From assembly GCA_902575395.1 (NCBI GenBank), contig CACGRA010000001.1, positions 1,741 to 65,740 on the forward strand: a stretch of 64,000 nt of DNA, in the 5' to 3' direction. Origin of the DNA: an uncultured Fidelibacterota bacterium. Lineage in GTDB: Bacteria > Fidelibacterota > Marinisomatia > Marinisomatales > Marinisomataceae. Under the pieces are notes generated by a model. That model was not told the origin of the DNA. It saw nothing but the letters and a program-made list of their open reading frames with translations, and ran no database searches. The translations under genes and the position numbers were made by a program. Every line of letters starts with the position of its first letter. The stretch's first letter is position 1. Of this stretch, positions 1-8,716 are shown in pieces.

Positions 1-165
1 TTCAGCTAAAAAGAGAACTTTACCAAGACTATAATGTGCCATACCCTCATAAGGATCTAATTGTAGTGCATCCAAATAGCAATTAATTGATGACTCATAA
101 TTGCCTGCTCTTTTTTCATTATAGCCTTTCTGAATTAGTGTATCACGTTGTTCTTCTATGTTCAT
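1..165 (-). CDS. TPR-repeat protein, N-terminal fragment (continues off the left edge)
   Basis: Minus-strand ATG at 165. My translation MNIEEQRDTLIQKGYNEKRAGNYESSINCYLDALQLDPYEGMAHYSLGKVLFLAE has TPR-like spacing, and the frame is open to position 1. Confidence 0.45.
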   Translation of the reverse strand, partial: MNIEEQRDTLIQKGYNEKRAGNYESSINCYLDALQLDPYEGMAHYSLGKVLFLAE

Positions 166-183
166 ATTATGGTGCTAATGTAT

Positions 184-1326
184 TCAATGTGAATCCAAAT
201 ATACTTTGATTTCTTGATTTAATTGAATTAAATCTTCAATGGTTGGTTCATCTTGAGAATGGAATTTATTAACTGTTTTTTCTATAGTATTTGCAATATC
301 AATAAACCCAATTTCTCCATTTAAAAATAATTCTACTACATAATCATTTGCAATACTCATTATTGGAATACTATTTCCTCCTTTGGCAAATAGATCCATT
401 GTTAGTTCTAAGCATGGATAGCGATTAAAGTCTGGTGCAGAAAAATTTAACTGATTTATTTTATCAAAATCTAAAGTTCCGGAATTGTTGTTTAATCGCT
501 CTGGATAAGATAGAGCATACTGAATAGGGACTTTCATGCTCGGAATCCCCAATTGTGCTTTGTAAGAATCATCAACAAACTGGACTAAAGAGTGAACAAT
601 CGATTCTGGATGAATAACAATTTCTAATTGCTCTCTTTTAATTCCAAACAACCATAATGCTTCAATATATTCTAATCCTTTGTTCATCATTGTTGCTGAA
701 TCAATTGAAATTTTATTACCCATATCCCAATTTGGATGATTTAAGGCTTCTTCTTTTGTAATTGTATCAAATGAATCAATAGGCCTGTTTAAAAATGGCC
801 CACCGCTTCCTGTTAAGATGATTTTTTTTAAAGAATTTTTTGGCTCACCTACCAAACATTGAAAAATTGCTGAATGCTCGCTGTCTACAGGTATAATGTT
901 TGCGGTTTGATTATTGGTCATTGGCATAATAATATGCCCTCCTAATACTAAAGACTCTTTATTGCTTAATGCTAAATCAATATTGTTAGAAACAATGTTA
1001 AATGTAGGAATAAGACCTTCGCTACCAACAATAGCATTAATTGCCAAATCAATATCATCATACTGTGAAAGTTGATGAGAGGCATTAGCGCCAACAATTA
1101 ATTCAATGTTATTGCTTTGACAAAAGTCATTTAATGGATGATTTGATTCAATATCATTGATTGCAACTTTCTTTGGCATAAATTTTGTGACTTGCTCGAA
1201 CAATAGATCAGCATTGCTATTACAAGAAAGACATACAACATTAAATCTATTTTGATATTCCTCAACAATAGACAAGGTCTGGGTTCCTATAGATCCAGTA
1301 GAACCAAATATAGCAATCCGTTTCAT
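184..1326 (-). CDS. dxr: 1-deoxy-D-xylulose-5-phosphate reductoisomerase
   Basis: 380-aa ORF. The N-terminal NADPH-binding motif is MKRIAIFGSTGSIGTQTL, and length and layout are typical of Dxr. Confidence 0.95.
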   Translation of the reverse strand: MKRIAIFGSTGSIGTQTLSIVEEYQNRFNVVCLSCNSNADLLFEQVTKFMPKKVAINDIESNHPLNDFCQSNNIELIVGANASHQLSQYDDIDLAINAIVGSEGLIPTFNIVSNNIDLALSNKESLVLGGHIIMPMTNNQTANIIPVDSEHSAIFQCLVGEPKNSLKKIILTGSGGPFLNRPIDSFDTITKEEALNHPNWDMGNKISIDSATMMNKGLEYIEALWLFGIKREQLEIVIHPESIVHSLVQFVDDSYKAQLGIPSMKVPIQYALSYPERLNNNSGTLDFDKINQLNFSAPDFNRYPCLELTMDLFAKGGNSIPIMSIANDYVVELFLNGEIGFIDIANTIEKTVNKFHSQDEPTIEDLIQLNQEIKVYLDSH

Positions 1327-1329
1327 TAA

Positions 1330-2103
1330 CTAGATAATGCCGCGGTTACTATTTTTGATAAAAGAGAGAATCTCGTTAATATTCTTATCCCCTTTAAATT
1401 CATTTTTAATTGTTTTCAAAGAATCAGAAGCATTTAGATCAGAACGAAAATAATATCTGTAAGCTTTTTTAATTGCTGTACGCTCTTCTTGAGAAAATCC
1501 TCTTCGTTTTAACCCAAGAGTATTAATCCCAGTATATTCTACTGGGTGTCTACCTGCTAAAATAAATGGTGGCACATCTTGAACAATTTTTGAATTAGCA
1601 GCTAACATACAATGTTTGCCAATCTTACAAAATTGATGGACATTGCTTGCGCCGCCTAAAATAGCCCAATCATCTATCTCAACATGGCCTCCCAATGCAA
1701 CAAGATTAACAAGAATAACATTATTACCTATAACACAATCATGTGCTACATGTACACCTGTCATAATCAAAACATCATCACCAATAACAGTTTTCCCAGT
1801 GGCTTTAGTGCCTCTATTTAATGTAACAAACTCTCTAACGATAGTACGTTTTCCAATAATAAGCTTACTTCTTTCACCACCAAATTTTTTGTCTTGTGGA
1901 ATAGCACCAATGCTGCTGTTATGAAAAATATGAGAATCAGATTTAATTTCTGTGAATTCGCCTATAGTATTAAAATTGCCAATGATCACATTGTCACCTA
2001 TTTTTACATTATCTTCAATAACGTTATACGCACCAATGGTAACATTAGAACCAATTTTTGCTTTTTTTGAAACAATACTAGTTGGATGAATTGTGTTGCT
2101 AAT
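1330..2103 (-). CDS. lpxA: Acyl-ACP--UDP-N-acetylglucosamine O-acyltransferase (start uncertain, probably ATT)
   Basis: Hexapeptide-repeat protein placed after lpxD-lpxC. The ORF track starts at GTG 1989. The LpxA-like N-terminus ISNTIHPTSIVSKKAKIGSNVTIGAYNVIEDNVKIGDN continues upstream in frame with no ATG, GTG or TTG. AGGAG-N6-ATT at 2114-2101 is the proposed initiation site. Confidence 0.85.
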   Translation of the reverse strand: MSNTIHPTSIVSKKAKIGSNVTIGAYNVIEDNVKIGDNVIIGNFNTIGEFTEIKSDSHIFHNSSIGAIPQDKKFGGERSKLIIGKRTIVREFVTLNRGTKATGKTVIGDDVLIMTGVHVAHDCVIGNNVILVNLVALGGHVEIDDWAILGGASNVHQFCKIGKHCMLAANSKIVQDVPPFILAGRHPVEYTGINTLGLKRRGFSQEERTAIKKAYRYYFRSDLNASDSLKTIKNEFKGDKNINEILSFIKNSNRGII

Positions 2104-3034
2104 TTTTTGCTCCTGTAAATTGACTTTTAAATGCTTTTCTTAAAAGTTTTGCAAATTCCACGTTTCCTTTGTGTCCACTTTTTATTGCAGTAATATGACC
2201 AAGTATTGGTTTCCCTAATAAAGCTAAATCGCCAATTAAGTCTAGTGTTTTGTGGCGGACAGGTTCATTTCTAAAACGTAGAATTTGTGTTTTATGTAAA
2301 CCTCTATCTCCTTTAAAGAATTTAATACCAAAATCCTCTTTAAATCTTTTTACCTCTTCATCATCAATATCTTTATCAACAATTACAACTGCATTCCCTA
2401 AATTTCCACCTCTAATCAATCCCTGTTTTGCAAGTCCGCTTACTTCGCTCAAAAGACAAAATGTTCTTGCTGGTGCAATTTGTGTTTTATAGTTCTGTGA
2501 CATATTGTGAACTGATGAGTACTGTACGCCTAATTCATCTAAATCATACTGAATAGTAAAAGTGGTTTTAAATCCATCGTATGGAACACCTACGACCTCG
2601 ACGTCTTTATCTTCATCAGTATAAACAACGGGTTTGGTTATTTTTAAAAAATTAACATTTTTCCTTTGTTCTATAATTTCAGCGTCTACCAAAGCTTGTA
2701 CAAAGTCTTTTGAGCTTCCATCCATTACTGGTGGCTCTTTACTGTTTAATTCAATTAATAAATTATCAACTCCCATTCCAGCACAAGCTGACAATACATG
2801 TTCTGTTGTATGTACTTTTACTCCTTTTTCTTGAATAGTTGTTCCTCTTGTTAAATCAACAACATTGTCAATATCGGGTGTAACAAGTACATCTTTTTTG
2901 TCAGTACGACTAAACTTAATACCAAAATTTTCTGGGGCTGGATTAAACGTAATTGTGCTTTGGACTCCAGTATGAAGACCAACACCTGTGCAAGATACTG
3001 GATATTTAATTGTTCTCTGTTTTCTACTTTTCAT
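2099..3034 (-). CDS. lpxC: UDP-3-O-acyl-N-acetylglucosamine deacetylase (stand-alone, no FabZ fusion)
   Basis: 311-aa ORF. The N-terminus RTIKYPVSCTGVGLHTG and overall layout are typical of LpxC, and it sits between lpxD and lpxA. Confidence 0.93.
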   Translation of the reverse strand: MKSRKQRTIKYPVSCTGVGLHTGVQSTITFNPAPENFGIKFSRTDKKDVLVTPDIDNVVDLTRGTTIQEKGVKVHTTEHVLSACAGMGVDNLLIELNSKEPPVMDGSSKDFVQALVDAEIIEQRKNVNFLKITKPVVYTDEDKDVEVVGVPYDGFKTTFTIQYDLDELGVQYSSVHNMSQNYKTQIAPARTFCLLSEVSGLAKQGLIRGGNLGNAVVIVDKDIDDEEVKRFKEDFGIKFFKGDRGLHKTQILRFRNEPVRHKTLDLIGDLALLGKPILGHITAIKSGHKGNVEFAKLLRKAFKSQFTGAKN

Positions 3035-3974
3035 TTCTAGCTAGTTTTTTTAATCTTTTTTCCAGTATTTCTACTTTAGTAAAAACTGCATCACGTTTTT
3101 GTTTTTCTTTAATTTCTCTAGCTGGATTTCCCGCATACATTTGACCACCAGGCACTGACTTTAAAACACATGATCGTGCAGCAAAAACTGATTTTTCTCC
3201 AGTAACAACATGGGGACCAATATCTACCTTCCCTCCAAGCATTGAATACGCACCAATTGTAGCGCTTCCGCCTATAAAAGTGCCTCCCGATATTAAACAC
3301 CCTTCACCAATAGTTACATTGTGAGCAAGATGCACTTGGTCGTCTATCTTACATGAATTATTAATTATTGTATTTCGAACTGAACCGCAATCAATGGTAC
3401 AATTTGCACCAATTTCAACATCATCCCCAATAACCACGCTTTTAATATGTGGAATTTTATGATGTGTATCATCAATTGTAGTAAAACCAAAACCATCTGC
3501 CCCTATTATAGCTCCAGAATGAATTAAACAATTATTACCAATCTGAACATCATTATGAATTACAACATTTGATTCAATAATAGTTCCACTTTTGATTATG
3601 ACATCGTCACCAATTACAGAAAAAGGCCCTATTGTAACATCTGAATCAATCTTTGCAGATTCTGATACAACGGTATTAGGATGAATGGAGTGTTGAACAT
3701 CTTTATTTTTGGAGAATAAAGTAAGAATTTCAATCATAGCTAAATAAGGATGTTCAACTACGACCCCATTATAACCTTTTAAATCATCTTTAGAATCAGT
3801 AACAAAAGCAGATGCTTTTGATGACGAGATTATTGTTTTATACTTAGGCAAAAAAGAAAAAGTAATAGATCCTTGGCCTGCTTCATTAATATCATCAACA
3901 GATGTTATTTCAATAGAAGCATCACCAACTACTTCCCCTTTTACCGCTAAGGCAATTTGTTCAAGAGTAAGCAA
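3024..3974 (-). CDS. lpxD: UDP-3-O-(3-hydroxyacyl)glucosamine N-acyltransferase
   Basis: 316-aa ORF with a TTG start. It has an LpxD-type N-terminal domain (MLTLEQIALAVKGEVVGD) followed by hexapeptide repeats, in the classic position after skp. Confidence 0.92.
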   Translation of the reverse strand: MLTLEQIALAVKGEVVGDASIEITSVDDINEAGQGSITFSFLPKYKTIISSSKASAFVTDSKDDLKGYNGVVVEHPYLAMIEILTLFSKNKDVQHSIHPNTVVSESAKIDSDVTIGPFSVIGDDVIIKSGTIIESNVVIHNDVQIGNNCLIHSGAIIGADGFGFTTIDDTHHKIPHIKSVVIGDDVEIGANCTIDCGSVRNTIINNSCKIDDQVHLAHNVTIGEGCLISGGTFIGGSATIGAYSMLGGKVDIGPHVVTGEKSVFAARSCVLKSVPGGQMYAGNPAREIKEKQKRDAVFTKVEILEKRLKKLARNEK

Positions 3975-3986
3975 TGTAAACCCGTT

Positions 3987-4505
3987 TTATTTCGCAGAAT
4001 TATCGCTTGCTTTTCTTAGTTCATAAAGAACATCATCAGTTAAATCATGAGTTGGTTTAGTATAAAGTGAAGCTAAAGATCCGTCTATGATTAAATCATA
4101 TCCTCCAGAAATTGCAACAGAATTAACTGCACTTTTGAATTTTTCTACCAATTCATATTCTAACTGAGCTTGTTTTCTAGTTAACTCCCCATCCGGGCCA
4201 ACTTTTGACAATTGATAGCTTTGCATTGAATTGTTCATATCAATAATATCTTGTTCTTTTGCTTTTTTTAGCTCTTCAGACATCATTAAGCTTTGTTTTT
4301 CATATTCTTGCACCATGCTGTCTAACTCAACTGCCATTGCTTCATATTCTTTTTGAATACCTTGAAGTTCTAATTGTAATTGTTGTTCAACATCTTTGAA
4401 CTCTTCAAATTCTAATCGAATTTTTTCTGAAAAAACAACTCCGATTTTTTCTTGAGCGAAAGACATCGACACTAACAATATTAACATAGCTATTTTTTTA
4501 TACAC
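3987..4505 (-). CDS. skp: OmpH/Skp-family periplasmic chaperone
   Basis: Coiled-coil, E/K/Q-rich protein directly downstream of bamA. I moved the start to GTG 4505 (AGGAG-N6-GTG; signal peptide YKKIAMLILLVSMSFAQE) from the ORF-track start at 4553. Confidence 0.8.
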   Translation of the reverse strand: MYKKIAMLILLVSMSFAQEKIGVVFSEKIRLEFEEFKDVEQQLQLELQGIQKEYEAMAVELDSMVQEYEKQSLMMSEELKKAKEQDIIDMNNSMQSYQLSKVGPDGELTRKQAQLEYELVEKFKSAVNSVAISGGYDLIIDGSLASLYTKPTHDLTDDVLYELRKASDNSAK

Positions 4506-4516
4506 TTTATTCTCCT

Positions 4517-6892
4517 TTAGTATGTTTGTCCAAATGTTATTGTATATTCCCATCCATTAGGGTTACCATCACCTGTAATATCATCAAAACCATATCCCAT
4601 ATCAAATCCTAAAAGCCCGATTCCTGGCATAAAAAATCTAATACCTACACCAGCAGATTTTTGCATTGATAAAGGACCATATCTTTTTAAATAAAATGGT
4701 TCTGACATGCTGCTTGTATTCCACACATTACCCATTTCTGCAAATGTCATAAAATAAATTACAGGATTTTCAGATAATGGAAATCTTAATTCTGTAGTAA
4801 CTTTTGCCATAGCATTTCCACCAACAGCTTGTCCAGACGTAGTAGTTGGTCCAATAGAATTATCTGGATATCCTCTGAGAGCGTTTCCGTATGGGATACC
4901 ATTTCCTCCCATAATAAATCGTTCATCAAATGGGATAAAGCTTTGGGTATCACTATCTACATTTAATGTTTTAATAACCCCAACTTTCAAAGAACTAAAT
5001 AACACAAATTTAGAAAATGTAGGCGAAAACCAGTCTAAATTCAACACATGCTTTTGAAAGTTCTCATTCCCTCCTAATAAACCTCCAGAATAAGTCGTTT
5101 CAACTTGGAATTTTGAGCCTCGTGTGGTGAATTCTGCACGGTCTCTACTGTCTCTTGCAATAACTTGCGTTAAACTTACCCCTCTTGTGGTTTGTAGACC
5201 GCCAATATACGCATCAATATCTGCTTGAGTGCCATCATATTCTTTTTCTACGATGCTTGCAGACCACATGACACGAAAGAAATCATCTGGCCATTCTAGT
5301 CTTCTTCCAAAACTGAAAGATCCACCTGCAACTGTAAAATCTAATGGGAAATAATAATTTGTTGATGACCCTCTATAAGAATAGAATAAGGATCCACCAA
5401 TCAAATATGGACTGTCATTAATCATTGGATCCTGAAATGTTAAATTGAAAGATCTATATTTTGATGGATCTTGATTAGAATAAAATGAAAAATTTGTCCC
5501 AGTGCTCATTCCAATATTAAACTTTTGACCACGGCCCATAAAATTATCAAATTCAACACCAGCTCCACCTGTAATGCCATACTCACCAGTAAAACCAAGA
5601 TTTGCATTAATTCTTTGAGTTGATTTTTTTTCTTCTACAATAAAATCAAGATCAACTTGATTGTCTGAAACTTGGCTAACATCTGGAATAACATTATCAA
5701 AATAATTCAAAATCCATATATCTCTTTGACTACGCATTAGTTTTGACCTACTAAAAACATCGCCTGGAAAAAGTTTTAGTTCTCGTCTAATAACGTTTTC
5801 TCTTGTTTTTTCATTACCGGAAACAAAAATGTTATTTATATATACTTTTTTCCCTTCATTAAACAGGAAGTTGATATCTAATAAATTGTCATCAACAGGA
5901 AGAATTTCTGGATTAACATTGCTAAAAATGTATCCTTTGTCATTATAAATGCTCATCATATTTTCAAAAACAGCTTTTTCAAAATCTTCTTTGGAATAAG
6001 AATCTCCTTCTTGTAACCCTAAAAGAGTTTCGAGCTCATCAGAGCTGGCAATTTTATTACCTTCAAAAGTAAAGTTACGATATTTATATTTTTCGCCTTC
6101 ATCAACAGTAATCACAAGGCTTAATGTATTTTTTTCATCATCTACAATAAGCGTGTCTTTAATGAAATTAAAATCACGATATCCTTGATTTTGATAGAAT
6201 GTTGTTAAAAGAGCTTTGTCTTCTTCTAGTAGTTTATCATTAAAGCTCTTCACCCAAAAATTATACCACTTTCTTTCTTTAATCTCTTTAAGCTCTTTTT
6301 TGAGTTTTCTTTCAGAAAAATTAGAGTTTCCTTCAAAGATAATATTTTTTAGACGAAACTTTTCATTTTCCTTAATAGTAAACACCACATCTCTTGCATA
6401 GGCATTGCGAACAAGAGTATCTTGTGGGGCTTCAATAGACGGCTCAACTTCTACATTGAAATAACCGTCTTCTTGATAAATTTCTTTAATTTTATTTGAT
6501 GAAGCATATAATGAGCTTGGTCTAATTCTTTGACCTAATTTTAAATCAAGCTTATCAAGAAATCTTCCCTCGCGCATAGAATTTCCGCGAAATATAATAT
6601 TGTTTAAGGTTGGGCTTTCCACAACATTAATAGTTATTTCAACTCCATACTGTGATTCGTTATTTAATATAATGTCAATATCATCAAATAGATTTAAATC
6701 CCATAATCTTGTGAGTGCTGTAGAAATATCTGCACGCTGAATCTTTGTTCCATCTCGTAATCCAGCAGAATATTTGATCATTTTATCAGATGTGGTGGTA
6801 TTGCCTTCAATATTTACTCTGTACAGATTGACTTCTTGTGTGAATCCAAGAGTGAATAACAAAATACCTATTAAGTAATATTTAATTTTCAT
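4517..6892 (-). CDS. bamA: Outer membrane protein assembly factor BamA
   Basis: 791 aa with a signal peptide, a POTRA-like N-terminal region, a Gly/aromatic-rich C-terminal beta-barrel and a terminal aromatic residue (..FGQTY). It lies in uppS-bamA-skp-lpxD synteny. Confidence 0.93.
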   Translation of the reverse strand: MKIKYYLIGILLFTLGFTQEVNLYRVNIEGNTTTSDKMIKYSAGLRDGTKIQRADISTALTRLWDLNLFDDIDIILNNESQYGVEITINVVESPTLNNIIFRGNSMREGRFLDKLDLKLGQRIRPSSLYASSNKIKEIYQEDGYFNVEVEPSIEAPQDTLVRNAYARDVVFTIKENEKFRLKNIIFEGNSNFSERKLKKELKEIKERKWYNFWVKSFNDKLLEEDKALLTTFYQNQGYRDFNFIKDTLIVDDEKNTLSLVITVDEGEKYKYRNFTFEGNKIASSDELETLLGLQEGDSYSKEDFEKAVFENMMSIYNDKGYIFSNVNPEILPVDDNLLDINFLFNEGKKVYINNIFVSGNEKTRENVIRRELKLFPGDVFSRSKLMRSQRDIWILNYFDNVIPDVSQVSDNQVDLDFIVEEKKSTQRINANLGFTGEYGITGGAGVEFDNFMGRGQKFNIGMSTGTNFSFYSNQDPSKYRSFNLTFQDPMINDSPYLIGGSLFYSYRGSSTNYYFPLDFTVAGGSFSFGRRLEWPDDFFRVMWSASIVEKEYDGTQADIDAYIGGLQTTRGVSLTQVIARDSRDRAEFTTRGSKFQVETTYSGGLLGGNENFQKHVLNLDWFSPTFSKFVLFSSLKVGVIKTLNVDSDTQSFIPFDERFIMGGNGIPYGNALRGYPDNSIGPTTTSGQAVGGNAMAKVTTELRFPLSENPVIYFMTFAEMGNVWNTSSMSEPFYLKRYGPLSMQKSAGVGIRFFMPGIGLLGFDMGYGFDDITGDGNPNGWEYTITFGQTY

Positions 6893-7598
6893 CTTGTCCT
6901 AAAACTTTACCATATTTTCTTGTTCTACTGCTAAAATCATTTAATGCAGAAGTTAAATCATCTTCTCCAAATTCAGGCCAATTTTTTTCACTTATATAAA
7001 TTTCTGAATATGCAGATTGCCATAACAAAAAATTACTTAATCTATTTTCTCCCCCGGTTCTAATAATTAAATCAGGGTCTGGAGTGTTAGGGGAATATAA
7101 ATAATCTTTAAACAAATCCTCATCAATGCTTTGTTTCCCTGATGCAAGTATTTTATTGGTAGCATCAATAATTTCTTGACGCCCGCTATAACTTAAAGCA
7201 AGAGCTAAAGTAAGTCCCGTATTGTTTTTAGTGCTATTAATTGTATCCATAATCAATTCTTGTAAATTGCTTGGCATTTCCTCTATTTTACCAACGATTT
7301 GAAAGACAATATTGTTCCTATTTAACTTTTCTAATTCACTTTTCACGCTTGAGTATAATAAAGACATTAAACCATCAACTTCTTTTTTTGGTCGTTTCCA
7401 GTTTTCTTTAGAGAAAGTATACAATGTAAGGTAAGGAATTTCCAACTTTACGCAAGATTCAACAATAGCTTTAACCGTTTCTACCCCCTGGATATGACCA
7501 GAAATGCGTTCCATGCTCTGACTCTCTGCCCATCTACCGTTTCCATCCATTATTATGCCAATATGAGTTGGTAGATTATTGGAATCAATTGGATTCAT
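6882..7598 (-). CDS. uppS: Undecaprenyl (cis-prenyl) diphosphate synthase
   Basis: The motifs HIGIIMDGNGRWA and RTGGENRLSNFLLWQSAY are diagnostic of the UppS family. Confidence 0.95.
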   Translation of the reverse strand: MNPIDSNNLPTHIGIIMDGNGRWAESQSMERISGHIQGVETVKAIVESCVKLEIPYLTLYTFSKENWKRPKKEVDGLMSLLYSSVKSELEKLNRNNIVFQIVGKIEEMPSNLQELIMDTINSTKNNTGLTLALALSYSGRQEIIDATNKILASGKQSIDEDLFKDYLYSPNTPDPDLIIRTGGENRLSNFLLWQSAYSEIYISEKNWPEFGEDDLTSALNDFSSRTRKYGKVLGQDEN

Positions 7599-8716
7599 AA
7601 CAATGTTACTTTCTTAGCTAATTCAATAAAAATGTTTTTAATTTCAGATTCAGTATCTTCAAAAACAATTGGTTTTCCGCTATCAATAGAGCGCATAAGC
7701 TCATTTGAATAAGGTATTTCTCCCAAGAATGGAATATCTAATCTTTGACTTTCGCTTAAACCTCCACCTTCTTTAAAAAGGTTAAATCTCAAATTAAAAG
7801 ACATATCATTATTCAATGATATTTTTTCATCATTAATGTACAATTCAATATCTGGCCATGATGTAGCATGAACTTTCAATTTTCCATCAATATCCATATA
7901 AGACATATTTTCGATAACGCCCAAAAGAGGAGTTTCTACTTTTTTGAACATATCAGCGCCTTTGCGTACGTCAGCCAAAGCAATATCATTTGGCGTTGTA
8001 ACAATAATAGCACCATCAAGTGGTATTTTTTGTGATAATGTTAATTGTACATCACCGGTGCCTGGTGGTAAGTCTAAGATTAAATAATCTAAGTCTCCCC
8101 AATAAACATCTCTAAAAAATTGTTCAGTCATTTTTGCGACAAGAGGACCTCTCCATACGACAGGAGCTTCGTTCCCGCTAACAAAACCAAAGCTCATCAG
8201 TTTTAAATTATTTTTTTGAAGAGGGATAATTTTTTTCTCTTCATTGATTTCCGGATTTTGATTAATACCCATTGTTATTGGTAATGAAGGGCCATAAATA
8301 TCAAGATCAAGTAATCCTGTCTTTTTACCAGAAACTGATAATGCAGCTGCTAAATTTAATGCAACAGTAGATTTGCCTACTCCGCCCTTTCCGCTAGCAA
8401 CAGCAATGATTTTCCCGATATTACCTTCTACATTTGCTTGTTTATTAGAGGTGTCAACTGTTTTTCGTGGTGGGCTATCAAGTATTTTAACCATGATATC
8501 ATATTCATCATTGGCAAGACAAGATTTGATATCTTGAACCAATTGGTCTTTCTTTTCAGAATTAGACGATGAAACCGATAAAAGCAAAGTAATGGTTTTG
8601 TAATCAAATACAACATCTTTAACCATTCCAAAAGAAACAATATCTCTATTAAATCCAGGATAGTTAACAGTTTTTAATTTTTCTAATATTTGATTTTTAT
8701 CCATTAGTTTGGCCAA
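7595..8716 (-). CDS. apbC: Fe-S cluster carrier ATPase, Mrp/ApbC/NBP35 family
   Basis: N-terminal DUF59-like domain plus a deviant Walker A (VASGKGGVGKST); 373 aa. Confidence 0.9.
   Translation of the reverse strand: MAKLMDKNQILEKLKTVNYPGFNRDIVSFGMVKDVVFDYKTITLLLSVSSSNSEKKDQLVQDIKSCLANDEYDIMVKILDSPPRKTVDTSNKQANVEGNIGKIIAVASGKGGVGKSTVALNLAAALSVSGKKTGLLDLDIYGPSLPITMGINQNPEINEEKKIIPLQKNNLKLMSFGFVSGNEAPVVWRGPLVAKMTEQFFRDVYWGDLDYLILDLPPGTGDVQLTLSQKIPLDGAIIVTTPNDIALADVRKGADMFKKVETPLLGVIENMSYMDIDGKLKVHATSWPDIELYINDEKISLNNDMSFNLRFNLFKEGGGLSESQRLDIPFLGEIPYSNELMRSIDSGKPIVFEDTESEIKNIFIELAKKVTLL

Noticed and set aside
2101-2107. The heptamer A-AAA-AAT is in the correct phase for a -1 programmed frameshift at the end of lpxC.
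   Set aside because: The LpxA frame is +1, not -1, relative to lpxC. The -1 frame reads KKLATQF.. and is not LpxA-like, so the slippery-looking heptamer does not explain the missing start codon.
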